Assembly (NCBI RefSeq): GCF_964355755.1
Contig: NC_092678.1
Coordinates: forward strand, 24,941,365-25,005,364
DNA from: Antedon mediterranea
Taxonomy: Eukaryota > Animalia > Echinodermata
DNA length: 64,000 nucleotides
Reading direction: 5' to 3'
The notes beneath the pieces are model-generated. The model ran no database searches. It had not been told where the DNA came from and was given only the letters and a program-made list of their open reading frames with translations. The position numbers were made by a program, and so were the translations under genes. Shown here one piece after another: positions 63,838-64,000 of the stretch; the stretch's first letter is position 1, and each line of letters opens with the position of its first letter.

Positions 63838-64000
63838 GTAAGATTTATTATTTATATACTGTAATTTATTTTAACAAATAGTATTCGTAAGACTTGCCAA
63901 TTTTCTTTTCCAAATAATTCACATTTTCTCACTCTTACCACCTCCTGATTTAAACAACGCGCACAGTAGGCTGCTAAAACCTGGATAATGCGCACACGCA

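Overview
AT-rich, intron-rich animal genomic DNA, probably a marine invertebrate (the taxon is an inference). Four spliced protein-coding genes can be reconstructed by hand. (1) The 5' ~2058 codons (41 coding exons) of the giant HECT E3 ligase HUWE1 lie on the minus strand (31101->1494) and run off the left edge. (2) A secreted single-CRD C-type lectin with a QPN motif lies on + (34900-38236). (3) PTPDC1 lies on + (46804-53077). (4) A secreted mosaic protein with an unusual architecture, signal peptide + IGFBP N-terminal domain + CUB + at least two thyroglobulin type-1 domains, starts at 55769 on + and runs off the right edge. HUWE1 introns host an amplified array of two H/ACA snoRNA-like families. 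Family A has 6 copies, one per intron, with predicted pockets for 18S rRNA (CCCUU-U-G-UACACA) and for the 28S sarcin-ricin stem. Family B has 4 full copies plus 2 single-hairpin copies. The rest is Academ-, Helitron/Helentron-, Kolobok-, hAT- and Harbinger-type elements, SINEs, many minisatellites (the source of all long repetitive ORFs) and a foldback-like element whose 106-bp satellite unit contains a copy of its own TIR.
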